Of a stretch of DNA of 58,212 nt, positions 37,584 to 44,568 are shown one piece after another (the first letter of the stretch is position 1; each line of letters begins with the position of its first letter). This DNA is from a virus (Duplodnaviria > Caudoviricetes). The stretch covers positions 1-58,212 of IMG/VR virus record IMGVR_UViG_3300024433_000001, one strand, 5' to 3'. The notes beneath the pieces were generated by a model. That model was not told the origin of the DNA. It made no database searches and worked only from the letters and a program-made list of their open reading frames with translations. A program made the translations under genes and the position numbers.

Positions 37584-37740
37584 TTGCGTCGCAGTGGACG
37601 AAACTCGGCCCCGCGCCGTGTGGGCCTGGCCTTAGGACTCAGGGCTCAGGGCCCAAGGCCAGAACCCTATATCCGCGGCGCCATGACTATGCTGGGCGTT
37701 GCCGAACAGTTTGAGGGCCGGCAGCGCCCGCATAGTGCCT
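37584..37740 (+). ncRNA. Candidate structured non-coding RNA
   Basis: Downstream of the promoter; CTGGCCTT/AAGGCCAG stem and an 18-bp hairpin at 37686-37736; no convincing SD-led ORF. Confidence 0.35.
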
Positions 37741-38351
37741 ATCCACCCCAGCGCATACTGGCGCATGAAACCTATAAACCCTTATGTTTCAACAACTTAC
37801 CCTATGCGCGGATACGCCTCAGCGCATACCAGCGCATGAGCGCAAGTACTCATTACCCAACCTCACAGTATAAGCCCCCCGAACTATCATCGGCCCCAGC
37901 TGTTTTGAGGCAAGCGGTCACCGCGTGCGCCTATCTGGCTGATGTGACAAGCCGGCTGGACCGAGCCTGAGTACGTCAAATTGAAGGAACAGCCCGGCTC
38001 GGCTCCCAGACCCGGTCCAAGGCCTAGACACAGCCCGGGGCCAGGGCCCAGACCAGGGCAAAGAACGCGTGTACTTCGCGCCCGCGCCAAAGGCTAAAGC
38101 ACCGCCACGAGTAAGGTTGCGCGGTTTCCAGGCCTCGGCCCAAGAACACGTGTACTTAACGCCCTCCGCCAAAGCCCGGATGCGGCCCAAAACCTACTTA
38201 CGCGTAGGTATTTTTTTCCCAGGGAACATGCGCAGCGCGCCGGCAAACAACCCTTCTGTTTTTCCAAAACTGCGAATTATGATACATATATGAAATCCAC
38301 CCTATCTTATATCTGGACATGTATTACCAGGCAACCAGAGTCTTTTAGCTC

Positions 38352-38531
38352 AAAAACTACCAAAACTACCAAAACTACAAATATAAGATATCTAAGGTAT
38401 CTCTAATACACCCTAAACCATATTTGCCACCACTCACCCCCCCCTAACCCCCCTAACCCCCCTTCCCCCCCCGGGGCTGGGCGCCGAGACGCTTTAACGT
38501 CAAAACGTCAAAACGTTAAAACGTTTTAACG
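38352..38531. repeat. AAAACTACC x3, AT-rich tract, C8-TAA-C6-TAA-C6-TT-C8, and AACGT(C/T)AA x3-4
   Basis: Seen directly. Confidence 0.8.
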
Positions 38532-38591
38532 CCACTATTGAGCTACTGCAGCGATTTCCCGTCGCGGCGGAATCGCCTGAACATGATCCGG

Positions 38592-38621
38592 TTGACAACT
38601 GCCCTTCGGCCGGGCTACAAT
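38592..38621 (+). promoter_or_regulatory. Sigma70-like early promoter 1
   Basis: TTGACA-18 nt-TACAAT. Confidence 0.7.
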
Positions 38622-38664
38622 AAGATCAATCCGCTGCTGCGGAGGTGGACGGTTCTTGCCGTTG

Positions 38665-38690
38665 GGGCCCATGAGGGCCCTTTTCTATTT
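38665..38690 (+). terminator. Intrinsic terminator ~60 nt after promoter 1
   Basis: GGGCCC-ATGA-GGGCCC-TTTTCTATTT. Confidence 0.65.
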
Positions 38691-38769
38691 CTACAAGAAT
38701 TTCCCTGGGCCAAACCTATCCGTCCATATATCCATACGCGCCATCGGTTTACGGGCCGCAAAAAAAGAC

Positions 38770-38799
38770 TTGACATATGCGGGATATGTCGTGTAAAAT
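38770..38799 (+). promoter_or_regulatory. Sigma70-like early promoter 2, driving the plus-strand gene cluster
   Basis: A-tract UP-like element, TTGACA-18 nt-TAAAAT, upstream of GGGAGG RBS and ATG 38842. Confidence 0.75.
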
Positions 38800-38841
38800 A
38801 GAGGTAGGTGGACAGGGCAACCAAGGGAGGGTATAAAGCTC

Positions 38842-39342
38842 ATGAAGAATAAGGCAGTAGTAGCAATACGCGGCGGGCGAATAGTCGTGCACGTGCCCAA
38901 CGCGACGGTGCGCAGTGACGGCACTATCTGGTATAGGGGCCGCTATCCCCTGCTTGACAGCGAGGCGGAGGGCGCGCTGCCGGCGGCCGAGGCCGCGCGG
39001 CTTATCAAGGCGGGCAAGCTGGACGATATCCCGGCCTCGATGTACGCTCACATGGGCACGACACAGAGCGGGATGCGGGTGATGTGGTCTGACGACTGGG
39101 ATGCCGAGCGGCGCGCCAAGTACGATACCGAGCATCCGGGCGCCAAGGAGCGCCAAGCGATACGCGCGCTCCTTGCCCAGGCTGAGGACCTGCGCCACCT
39201 CAGTCGTGAGGACAACGCAGGCAGGTACATCCGGCTGACCGTCCGCGCCGCCTTGCGACTATCCGCATGGCGGGAGCAGTATCCCGATGAGGCGCGCGCA
39301 GAGGATATGGCTCGGCTACAAGACCTGGGATTCCTGTGTTAA
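38842..39342 (+). CDS. Early hypothetical protein
   Basis: RBS and promoter upstream. Confidence 0.75.
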   Translation: MKNKAVVAIRGGRIVVHVPNATVRSDGTIWYRGRYPLLDSEAEGALPAAEAARLIKAGKLDDIPASMYAHMGTTQSGMRVMWSDDWDAERRAKYDTEHPGAKERQAIRALLAQAEDLRHLSREDNAGRYIRLTVRAALRLSAWREQYPDEARAEDMARLQDLGFLC

Positions 39343-39372
39343 CTAGGCCAACAACAAAAAGGAGACCGAGTG

Positions 39373-39546
39373 ATGAAGAACGTAAGCTACACGATCGAAA
39401 ACCAGATACTGGTCATCCAAGTCGACCTCAGCAAGCGGTTTGGCCCGTCCAAATCTGGCAAGACGCAGATCATTGCCACGAGCGAGGGCATAGTTGCGCT
39501 CGAGAGCGGGGCCCAGTTGGGCCTCAATGTATTTTGCCGCGAGTGA
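39373..39546 (+). CDS. Small early protein (57 aa) not in the ORF track
   Basis: AAGGAG RBS; MKNVSYTIENQILVIQVDLSKRFGPSKSGKTQIIATSEG...LGLNVFCRE. Confidence 0.75.
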   Translation: MKNVSYTIENQILVIQVDLSKRFGPSKSGKTQIIATSEGIVALESGAQLGLNVFCRE

Positions 39547-39554
39547 CAAAATAG

Positions 39555-39626
39555 GCGGGGACTTGCTCCCCGCAGGGCGGCCAGGGTTGGCCGCCGTGTC
39601 GGGAACAAGACCAGAAGGGAGGAAAC
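39555..39626 (+). repeat. Structured intergenic repeat, copy R1
   Basis: GCGGGGACTTGCTCCCCGC-AG-GGCGGCCAGGGTTGGCCGCC-GTGTC-GGGAACAAG then SD. Confidence 0.85.
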
Positions 39627-40079
39627 ATGATAATGACCATACTATCTGCAGGGGCGCTGGATGCGGCTGACACCGATCAGCTGGTTGCGCTAAGGGATGC
39701 CGTGGCGGATGAGCTGGCGCGCCGAACGGGACAGCCCGCCGCCAAGGTGAGGGTGGCGGTCGATTTTGGCGCGTACAACGCGCGCCGCTACGGCAAGCCC
39801 TGGATTGGACGTATAATCGCTTGGCCTGTGGGTGATAAGCCGACGATCACATGGGGTGCCTACATAGGCCGTCACGCATACACCGGCGCCCCTAACGGAG
39901 GCGAGGTAGAGATCATGGCCTATCCCGGCGATATTGTGCGGTGGGGCCAAAAGGACCATCGCGGCCATGACACAGAGGCCCATTGGGGTGTGGTCAACAT
40001 AGACCAGACCATTGCGGAGTTGACCGCTGCCGAGGCGCGGCAGCGGTATGTGGACAAACCGAAAGAGGAGGACGAGTGA
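39627..40079 (+). CDS. Early hypothetical protein (paralog of 40723..41175)
   Basis: KPWIGRIIAWP...ELTAAEARQRY; GGGAGG RBS. Confidence 0.75.
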   Translation: MIMTILSAGALDAADTDQLVALRDAVADELARRTGQPAAKVRVAVDFGAYNARRYGKPWIGRIIAWPVGDKPTITWGAYIGRHAYTGAPNGGEVEIMAYPGDIVRWGQKDHRGHDTEAHWGVVNIDQTIAELTAAEARQRYVDKPKEEDE

Positions 40080-40288
40080 TGACAAAACAAACCAAGGACG
40101 CTCTAAAGGCGGCGCAACTACGGGTGTTGGCAGTACAGCAGGAGCAGCGCGCTGCGGCGCACCTGCGCCAGGCGGCTAAACCCATCTATGCCGGCCAGGA
40201 CGTTATCTGTGCTGACAAGGCGGCGGAATGCCGGGCGTTTGCGGCGCAGAATCGCGCCCAGGCGGATCTGCTTGATCCGCAGCGCTAA
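40079..40288 (+). CDS. Ala-rich early protein
   Basis: TGATG coupling; GAGGAGG RBS. Confidence 0.6.
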   Translation: MTKQTKDALKAAQLRVLAVQQEQRAAAHLRQAAKPIYAGQDVICADKAAECRAFAAQNRAQADLLDPQR

Positions 40289-40293
40289 TGGCA

Positions 40294-40371
40294 GCGGGGA
40301 GCTTGCTCCCCGCAAGGCGGCTAGGGTTGGCCGCCGTGTCGGGAACAAGACCAGGAAGGGAGGAAACTACC
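40294..40371 (+). repeat. Structured intergenic repeat, copy R2
   Basis: Near-identical to R1, with a G(CTTG)C tetraloop. Confidence 0.85.
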
Positions 40372-40677
40372 ATGAAAACAAAAGAAAAAGTCCGATTCCG
40401 TCTCGGTCCAATCGTGGCTACACCCGGCGCACTCGAGGCCCTGTGCCAGAATAGCGCCAACGGCTTGAAGTATTTACGGCAACACGTCTTGGGCGACTGG
40501 GGCGAAGTCTGCGCTGACGACAAGGAAGCTAACGATCAGGCGCTGATTGACGGCAGTCGACTCCTGAGCGCATACACCCTATCCGATGGCACCAAGCTGT
40601 GGATCATCACCGACGCAGTTATTGACACCCAGGGCAATCGGTAGGGCACAACCTTGCTACTGCCCGATCAGTATTGA
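40372..40677 (+). pseudogene. Conserved phage/plasmid protein (LRxH..GDWG...LLSAY...WIIT...TTxLLP..Y type) with in-frame TAG at 40642-40644
   Basis: The family-like C-terminal tail GTTLLLPDQY lies in frame just after the TAG. Confidence 0.6.
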
Positions 40678-40722
40678 TTAGCAAGGGCAACCCATGGCGT
40701 GTTTTGAGCACAAGGAGGACGA

Positions 40723-41175
40723 GTGATGAAGAACGTGAGCTACACAATCGCAACCGATGAGGCGACCGTCACCTTAGGTGCGGGAACCAAAAACAGACGA
40801 ACAATGATGGAGCAAAGGGTAGTAATCACATGCCGTGATGAAAAGCCTTGGGTTGCGCGTGTAATAAGTTGGCCGATAGACGCTAGGCCAACGATCACGG
40901 GGGGCAGTTATCGGAGCCATCGCGAATATGGTGATGATCTTAACGGCGGGACTGTACAACTTATAGTCTCCCCGGGCGATACCGTGTGTTGGGGTGTAGG
41001 GAACCATCCAGAGACCTATTGGGGTATAGTGCATAGGGGTAAGGGCATTGAGGAGTTGACTGCTGCCGAGGCGCGGCAGCGGTACAATGGCGGCGGGGAT
41101 TTGCTCCCCGCAAGGCGGCCCGCAAGCAGGCCGCCATGTTGGGAGCAAGGCAAACCAGAAAGGAACGGGAAATGA
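40723..41175 (+). CDS. Chimeric early protein
   Basis: N-terminus MKNVSYTI as in 39373; core paralogous to 39627; reads through repeat R3. Confidence 0.7.
   Translation: MMKNVSYTIATDEATVTLGAGTKNRRTMMEQRVVITCRDEKPWVARVISWPIDARPTITGGSYRSHREYGDDLNGGTVQLIVSPGDTVCWGVGNHPETYWGIVHRGKGIEELTAAEARQRYNGGGDLLPARRPASRPPCWEQGKPERNGK
41093..41171 (+). repeat. Structured repeat, copy R3
   Basis: GCGGGGATTTGCTCCCCGC-AA-GGCGGCC...GGCCGCC-ATGTT-GGGAGCAAG. Confidence 0.8.
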
Positions 41176-41807
41176 TGAATAGAATTGAAAAGGCTCGACA
41201 AGCACTCGCGCGGTTTGAAGACCGGTTCCGTGCCGAGATCGTTCCCGCCGGCGCGCCGGACCGGCGAAATCTACAGAGGGCGGCTTGTGCCGAGGCCCAT
41301 CAGCGGGCTTGTCTGCCACGGAATATCAGGCGGCGACTCGCCTTGGTGGATGCAATTGGTAGTGCCCGTAAAAGCGAGAGGCTTCGGCAGGCATGGGCGT
41401 TGAGGAAGGCCGAGCCGGGATATCAACTACGGCAAAAAGTGTTCAAAACACTGCGCGCTATGGGGTTCCGGCGGGAGAAGCGCACATCGGGAAAGTCCGT
41501 ATATTATATTCGCGACGGCTATCGGGTCCGAATCAGCGACCATGACGTGCCTGACACGCCGGAACGCGAATACAATTGCCAGAATGGCGGTTTCGGCTGG
41601 GCGCACAGTCCAGACTCACTTGTGATCAATCAGTCTACAACTGAGCTCGACGCGGCATGTTGGCTAGTTGGGGTCCGCTCAAAATTAAGGCGGGGACAGC
41701 TAAGGATAAGAGCGGTATGGCGTTCAGAAAGGAGAGTAAAATATGACAACGATAACGAGCCTGGAAGAATTACTGGTGCTAGAGAAAAAGGGCAAGATTA
41801 TTGTTAA
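41172..41807 (+). CDS. Early hypothetical protein with S.YY...VRISDH motif
   Basis: AAGGA RBS; KSVYYIRDGYRVRISDHDVP. Confidence 0.7.
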   Translation: MMNRIEKARQALARFEDRFRAEIVPAGAPDRRNLQRAACAEAHQRACLPRNIRRRLALVDAIGSARKSERLRQAWALRKAEPGYQLRQKVFKTLRAMGFRREKRTSGKSVYYIRDGYRVRISDHDVPDTPEREYNCQNGGFGWAHSPDSLVINQSTTELDAACWLVGVRSKLRRGQLRIRAVWRSERRVKYDNDNEPGRITGAREKGQDYC

Positions 41808-42444
41808 CGACGATTGCAGGATTGTAGGACATCTTTACGGCGCACTCCCGAACCTGATCGTCGGAGGCAACCTATGGGTTCGAGACGACCTGATCGCCTT
41901 AGGCGGCCTAGCCGTCGGGGACAACCTAATCGCCAAGAGCGGCGAGCTGACCGCCTTAGGCGACCTGACTGTCGGACGCGACCTGATCGTCAAGAGCGGC
42001 GATCTGACCGCCGGACGCGACCTAATCGTCAAAGGCGGCAACCTGACTGTCAAAAGCGGCGACCTGACTGTCGGACGCGACCTGACCGTCAAAAGCGGCG
42101 ACCTGACCGTCAAAAGCGGCGACCTAACCGCCGGACGCGATCTGACCGTCAGGCGTGGCGACCTGATCGCCTTAGGCAACCTAGCGGTCGAGGGCAAGCT
42201 ATGGGTCGGAGGCGACTGGTACTGGTCCCAGATGTCATTGCCCAATGTTGCTGGCACAATGAAACATCATCGCGTATTGCCGGCGCCTTGGCAACGTAGT
42301 TATTGGGCGGATCGCCTTGGCGTCTCCATCCCCGTAAATTGTTACTATGACGCGATTATCGCCGGCCTGGACATTCCCAAGCTACTCCGGCTTCGTAAGT
42401 GGACGCCAACGGAAAGGTGGATACTTAAGTCGTTACAATCTTAA
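41743..42444 (+). CDS. GDL-repeat beta-solenoid protein (bactofilin-like repeat pattern)
   Basis: Many 6-7-aa xGDLTV repeats; AAGGAG RBS. Confidence 0.7.
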   Translation: MTTITSLEELLVLEKKGKIIVNDDCRIVGHLYGALPNLIVGGNLWVRDDLIALGGLAVGDNLIAKSGELTALGDLTVGRDLIVKSGDLTAGRDLIVKGGNLTVKSGDLTVGRDLTVKSGDLTVKSGDLTAGRDLTVRRGDLIALGNLAVEGKLWVGGDWYWSQMSLPNVAGTMKHHRVLPAPWQRSYWADRLGVSIPVNCYYDAIIAGLDIPKLLRLRKWTPTERWILKSLQS

Positions 42445-42457
42445 TGACAGCAGGGAA

Positions 42458-42488
42458 CGGCTGGTAGAGATATCAGCCGTCTTTTTTT
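42458..42488 (+). terminator. Intrinsic terminator ending the early operon
   Basis: ACGGCTGGTA-GAGA-TATCAGCCGT-CTTTTTTT. Confidence 0.8.
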
Positions 42489-42496
42489 GTGTCTTC

Positions 42497-42865
42497 TCAC
42501 TTTTTCTGGGCGTCATACATTTCGCGGACGCTTGGCAAAACCTGAGCCAGAAAAGACCCAACATCGTCACAGATTTCGCCATATTGTTCATGCGTCCAGA
42601 AAAAAATCACGTTTGAAAGGCGGCGCGCACAAATATCCGCAGGCTCGAAACGCAACCGGAGCAAAACAGCATCATATTCGAACGCCTCGTGCAATAAACC
42701 AGCCAAGACCCTTCGCCATGCGTGATCTCTGCCAATTAGCATTTTTGCAATGGTTTTATTATCCCAAACCACATAAGAATCTTGTCCCCTACAGAGCGAA
42801 ACCAATACAGGAACGCCGTGTAAAACACCCTTTACGGACTGTTTAACTTTCTTTTTTTTCTTCAT
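42497..42865 (-). CDS. Hypothetical protein with HExxE motif (metallopeptidase-like)
   Basis: GLLHEAFE; AGGAG RBS. Confidence 0.5.
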   Translation of the reverse strand: MKKKKKVKQSVKGVLHGVPVLVSLCRGQDSYVVWDNKTIAKMLIGRDHAWRRVLAGLLHEAFEYDAVLLRLRFEPADICARRLSNVIFFWTHEQYGEICDDVGSFLAQVLPSVREMYDAQKK

Positions 42866-42902
42866 ACAACATACTCCTAATTGGTTCTTTTTGAAGGAAA
42901 AA

Positions 42903-43085
42903 CTACCTTTTCTTTTTTGGTTTTCTGGTTCGTGCTCCAGTCGGGTGCCACCCATGCTCGACGCCGCGCAACAAACTGATCTGTTTTTCGGCCTTTGTGA
43001 GGCTATCGTGCGTGCCCTTCACATCCCCAGTCTGTGTGTTGACCACCTGATACTTCCGACCTCGTTTTTTGATCGTATACGGCAT
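42903..43085 (-). CDS. Small basic hypothetical protein
   Basis: AGGAG RBS; MPYTIKKRGRKYQVVN. Confidence 0.65.
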   Translation of the reverse strand: MPYTIKKRGRKYQVVNTQTGDVKGTHDSLTKAEKQISLLRGVEHGWHPTGARTRKPKKKR

Positions 43086-43279
43086 TTTAGTCTCCTTTCA
43101 GCCCACAAAAATAGGGGTATTGTCGTTATAATCGTTTCTGGGGCATCCTAGGCCCCTTCCTGGCGAAATCACCCCTTTAAGACATCAAAGCACTTTGGGC
43201 CCCAGATTATTAATCATGGGGCAACCTGAGTACATTTCCTATCATCCTAGGCTACTCTTGCCCAATAGACTTTCCCTTT

Positions 43280-43492
43280 TCATGTGAGCTTCACGAGATC
43301 ACTCGGTATCCCTATTTTCTTGGCACGCTTTTTCTCACACACTCGGCATCGGACCGTCGTGATGTCCTGATCCGTCCCTCGATACCACGCGAAAAAACCA
43401 AACCGCCATTTCCGGCACAGCGACCGCCGTTTGCGAAAATAGTGTGCACATCGCGCACCATTCGGCCTATACCATCCCTCACGTTTTGTCAC
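43280..43492 (-). CDS. Small Cys/His protein
   Basis: AHYF..SLC...CRVC; overlaps the rep stop. Confidence 0.55.
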   Translation of the reverse strand: MTKREGWYRPNGARCAHYFRKRRSLCRKWRFGFFAWYRGTDQDITTVRCRVCEKKRAKKIGIPSDLVKLT

Positions 43493-44549
43493 GATCGTTC
43501 TCCTTTTTTGGCCGTTGCAGCTTTGCCACTTGCTCCTTCACGAGATCGCCGATACTTACAGGGACTACTTCGTCTTCTGCGCGGTCATCTCCCCGCCTGG
43601 CTACCCGTCGCGCCTGGGCTTCATCTGCCGCTCGCGCCGCCACCATACGCTTGGCCTCTGCCGCCATCTCGCGTCCTGACTTCGGTGGGGCCCCTTTGCC
43701 ACTGTCTACAGCACGCCTAAACCAACGCGCCAGGAACGCCGGCATACCTCCAGCTGTTTTACGTTTCGCCTTATTATCGCGGCACCATTGACGGGCGTAC
43801 CGCGCTTCTTCAAGTACGTCAATCTGCTCGCCAAACGTTTCCCAATACTCATGGGCCTTTTCAAGCGTCAGAACCCATTGCTTTACTTTACTCTGTTTCC
43901 CTTTGCCGGATGTCGGGAAAATAAGCAACGTTTGATCAACATCGTTTGTCGGTGCGGCACGCTTAGAAAAGCGTTCCGTACAAACTTCTCTTCTTAGAGA
44001 AGTAGATCCGGATCCCGGATCCCGGATAGGGGATCCCGGATAGGGGATAGGGGATAGGGGATCCGGATCGCGCGCGCAGGAGACTGGGCCGGTACTGTGC
44101 TTGTCCTGTTCTTGTTCTGTGCTCGTTGCGGCACAAGGGTTTACAGATTTTTCTAAACCCTTCCCAGGCCAGCCCTGGTCTAGCATAGGTCTAGCACTGG
44201 GCGAGTCCGGTGCTGGTATAGTGCTGGCCGGTTCCCGGCTGTGCGGCCACTGGTGTTTTTTGAAGTTCACGACCTGGATGTATCGGCGCTTATTGACTTC
44301 ATACCGCACAATAAACGCCGGGCTTTTGTCGGCGTCGAGCACACGGGCTAGGTTGGTTAACAGCTCCTCTATATTCTCATCATCATAAGGCAAAATCTCA
44401 GCTTTAATGCGTTTTGGTCTGTCCTCGAGCCGCCCTTCGCGGTCTGCCAAAATCCATAAACCCTGGAATAAAATACGGGCGGCAAACGGTTGTTCTGCTA
44501 GGGCCTCGTTTTTAAAAAAGCCTGGTTTCAGGTTTCTTGCGCGCGGCAC
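43479..44549 (-). CDS. Phage replication initiator (replisome organizer type)
   Basis: RARNLKPGFFKNE...LWILADREGRLEDRPKRIKAEILPYD N-terminus; internal repeat region; FLARW C-domain. Confidence 0.8.
   Translation of the reverse strand: MPRARNLKPGFFKNEALAEQPFAARILFQGLWILADREGRLEDRPKRIKAEILPYDDENIEELLTNLARVLDADKSPAFIVRYEVNKRRYIQVVNFKKHQWPHSREPASTIPAPDSPSARPMLDQGWPGKGLEKSVNPCAATSTEQEQDKHSTGPVSCARDPDPLSPIPYPGSPIRDPGSGSTSLRREVCTERFSKRAAPTNDVDQTLLIFPTSGKGKQSKVKQWVLTLEKAHEYWETFGEQIDVLEEARYARQWCRDNKAKRKTAGGMPAFLARWFRRAVDSGKGAPPKSGREMAAEAKRMVAARAADEAQARRVARRGDDRAEDEVVPVSIGDLVKEQVAKLQRPKKENDRDKT
43984..44069. repeat. Putative replication origin: 7-bp GGATAGG/GGATCCC repeats inside the initiator gene
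   Basis: Six GATC; bounded by the 12-bp inverted repeat GATCCGGATCCC/GGGATCCGGATC; adjacent ACTTCTCT/AGAGAAGT hairpin. Confidence 0.6.
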
Positions 44550-44568
44550 GATTCATTCCTCCAATTTT

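Noticed and set aside
37579-37606. GGACGAAAC resembling a hammerhead ribozyme core
   Set aside because: No CTGANGA preceding the stem
38269-38296. ACTGCGAATTA-TGATAC-ATATATGAAAT as a degenerate dif site for XerCD integration
   Set aside because: Only 7/11 and 8/11 matches to the E. coli arms, the inner TAA/TTA bases are altered, and AT-rich context makes a chance match plausible
38437-38462. CCCTAA units as telomeric repeats
   Set aside because: Only two units within C-runs, internal to a phage genome
35000-38560. Repeat clusters as a CRISPR or mini-CRISPR array
   Set aside because: No run of three or more identical 25-45-nt repeats with unique equal-length spacers; no cas genes
39555-41171. 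R1-R3 as integron attC sites or intrinsic terminators
   Set aside because: No RYYYAAC/GTTRRRY boxes, no integrase and no U-tracts
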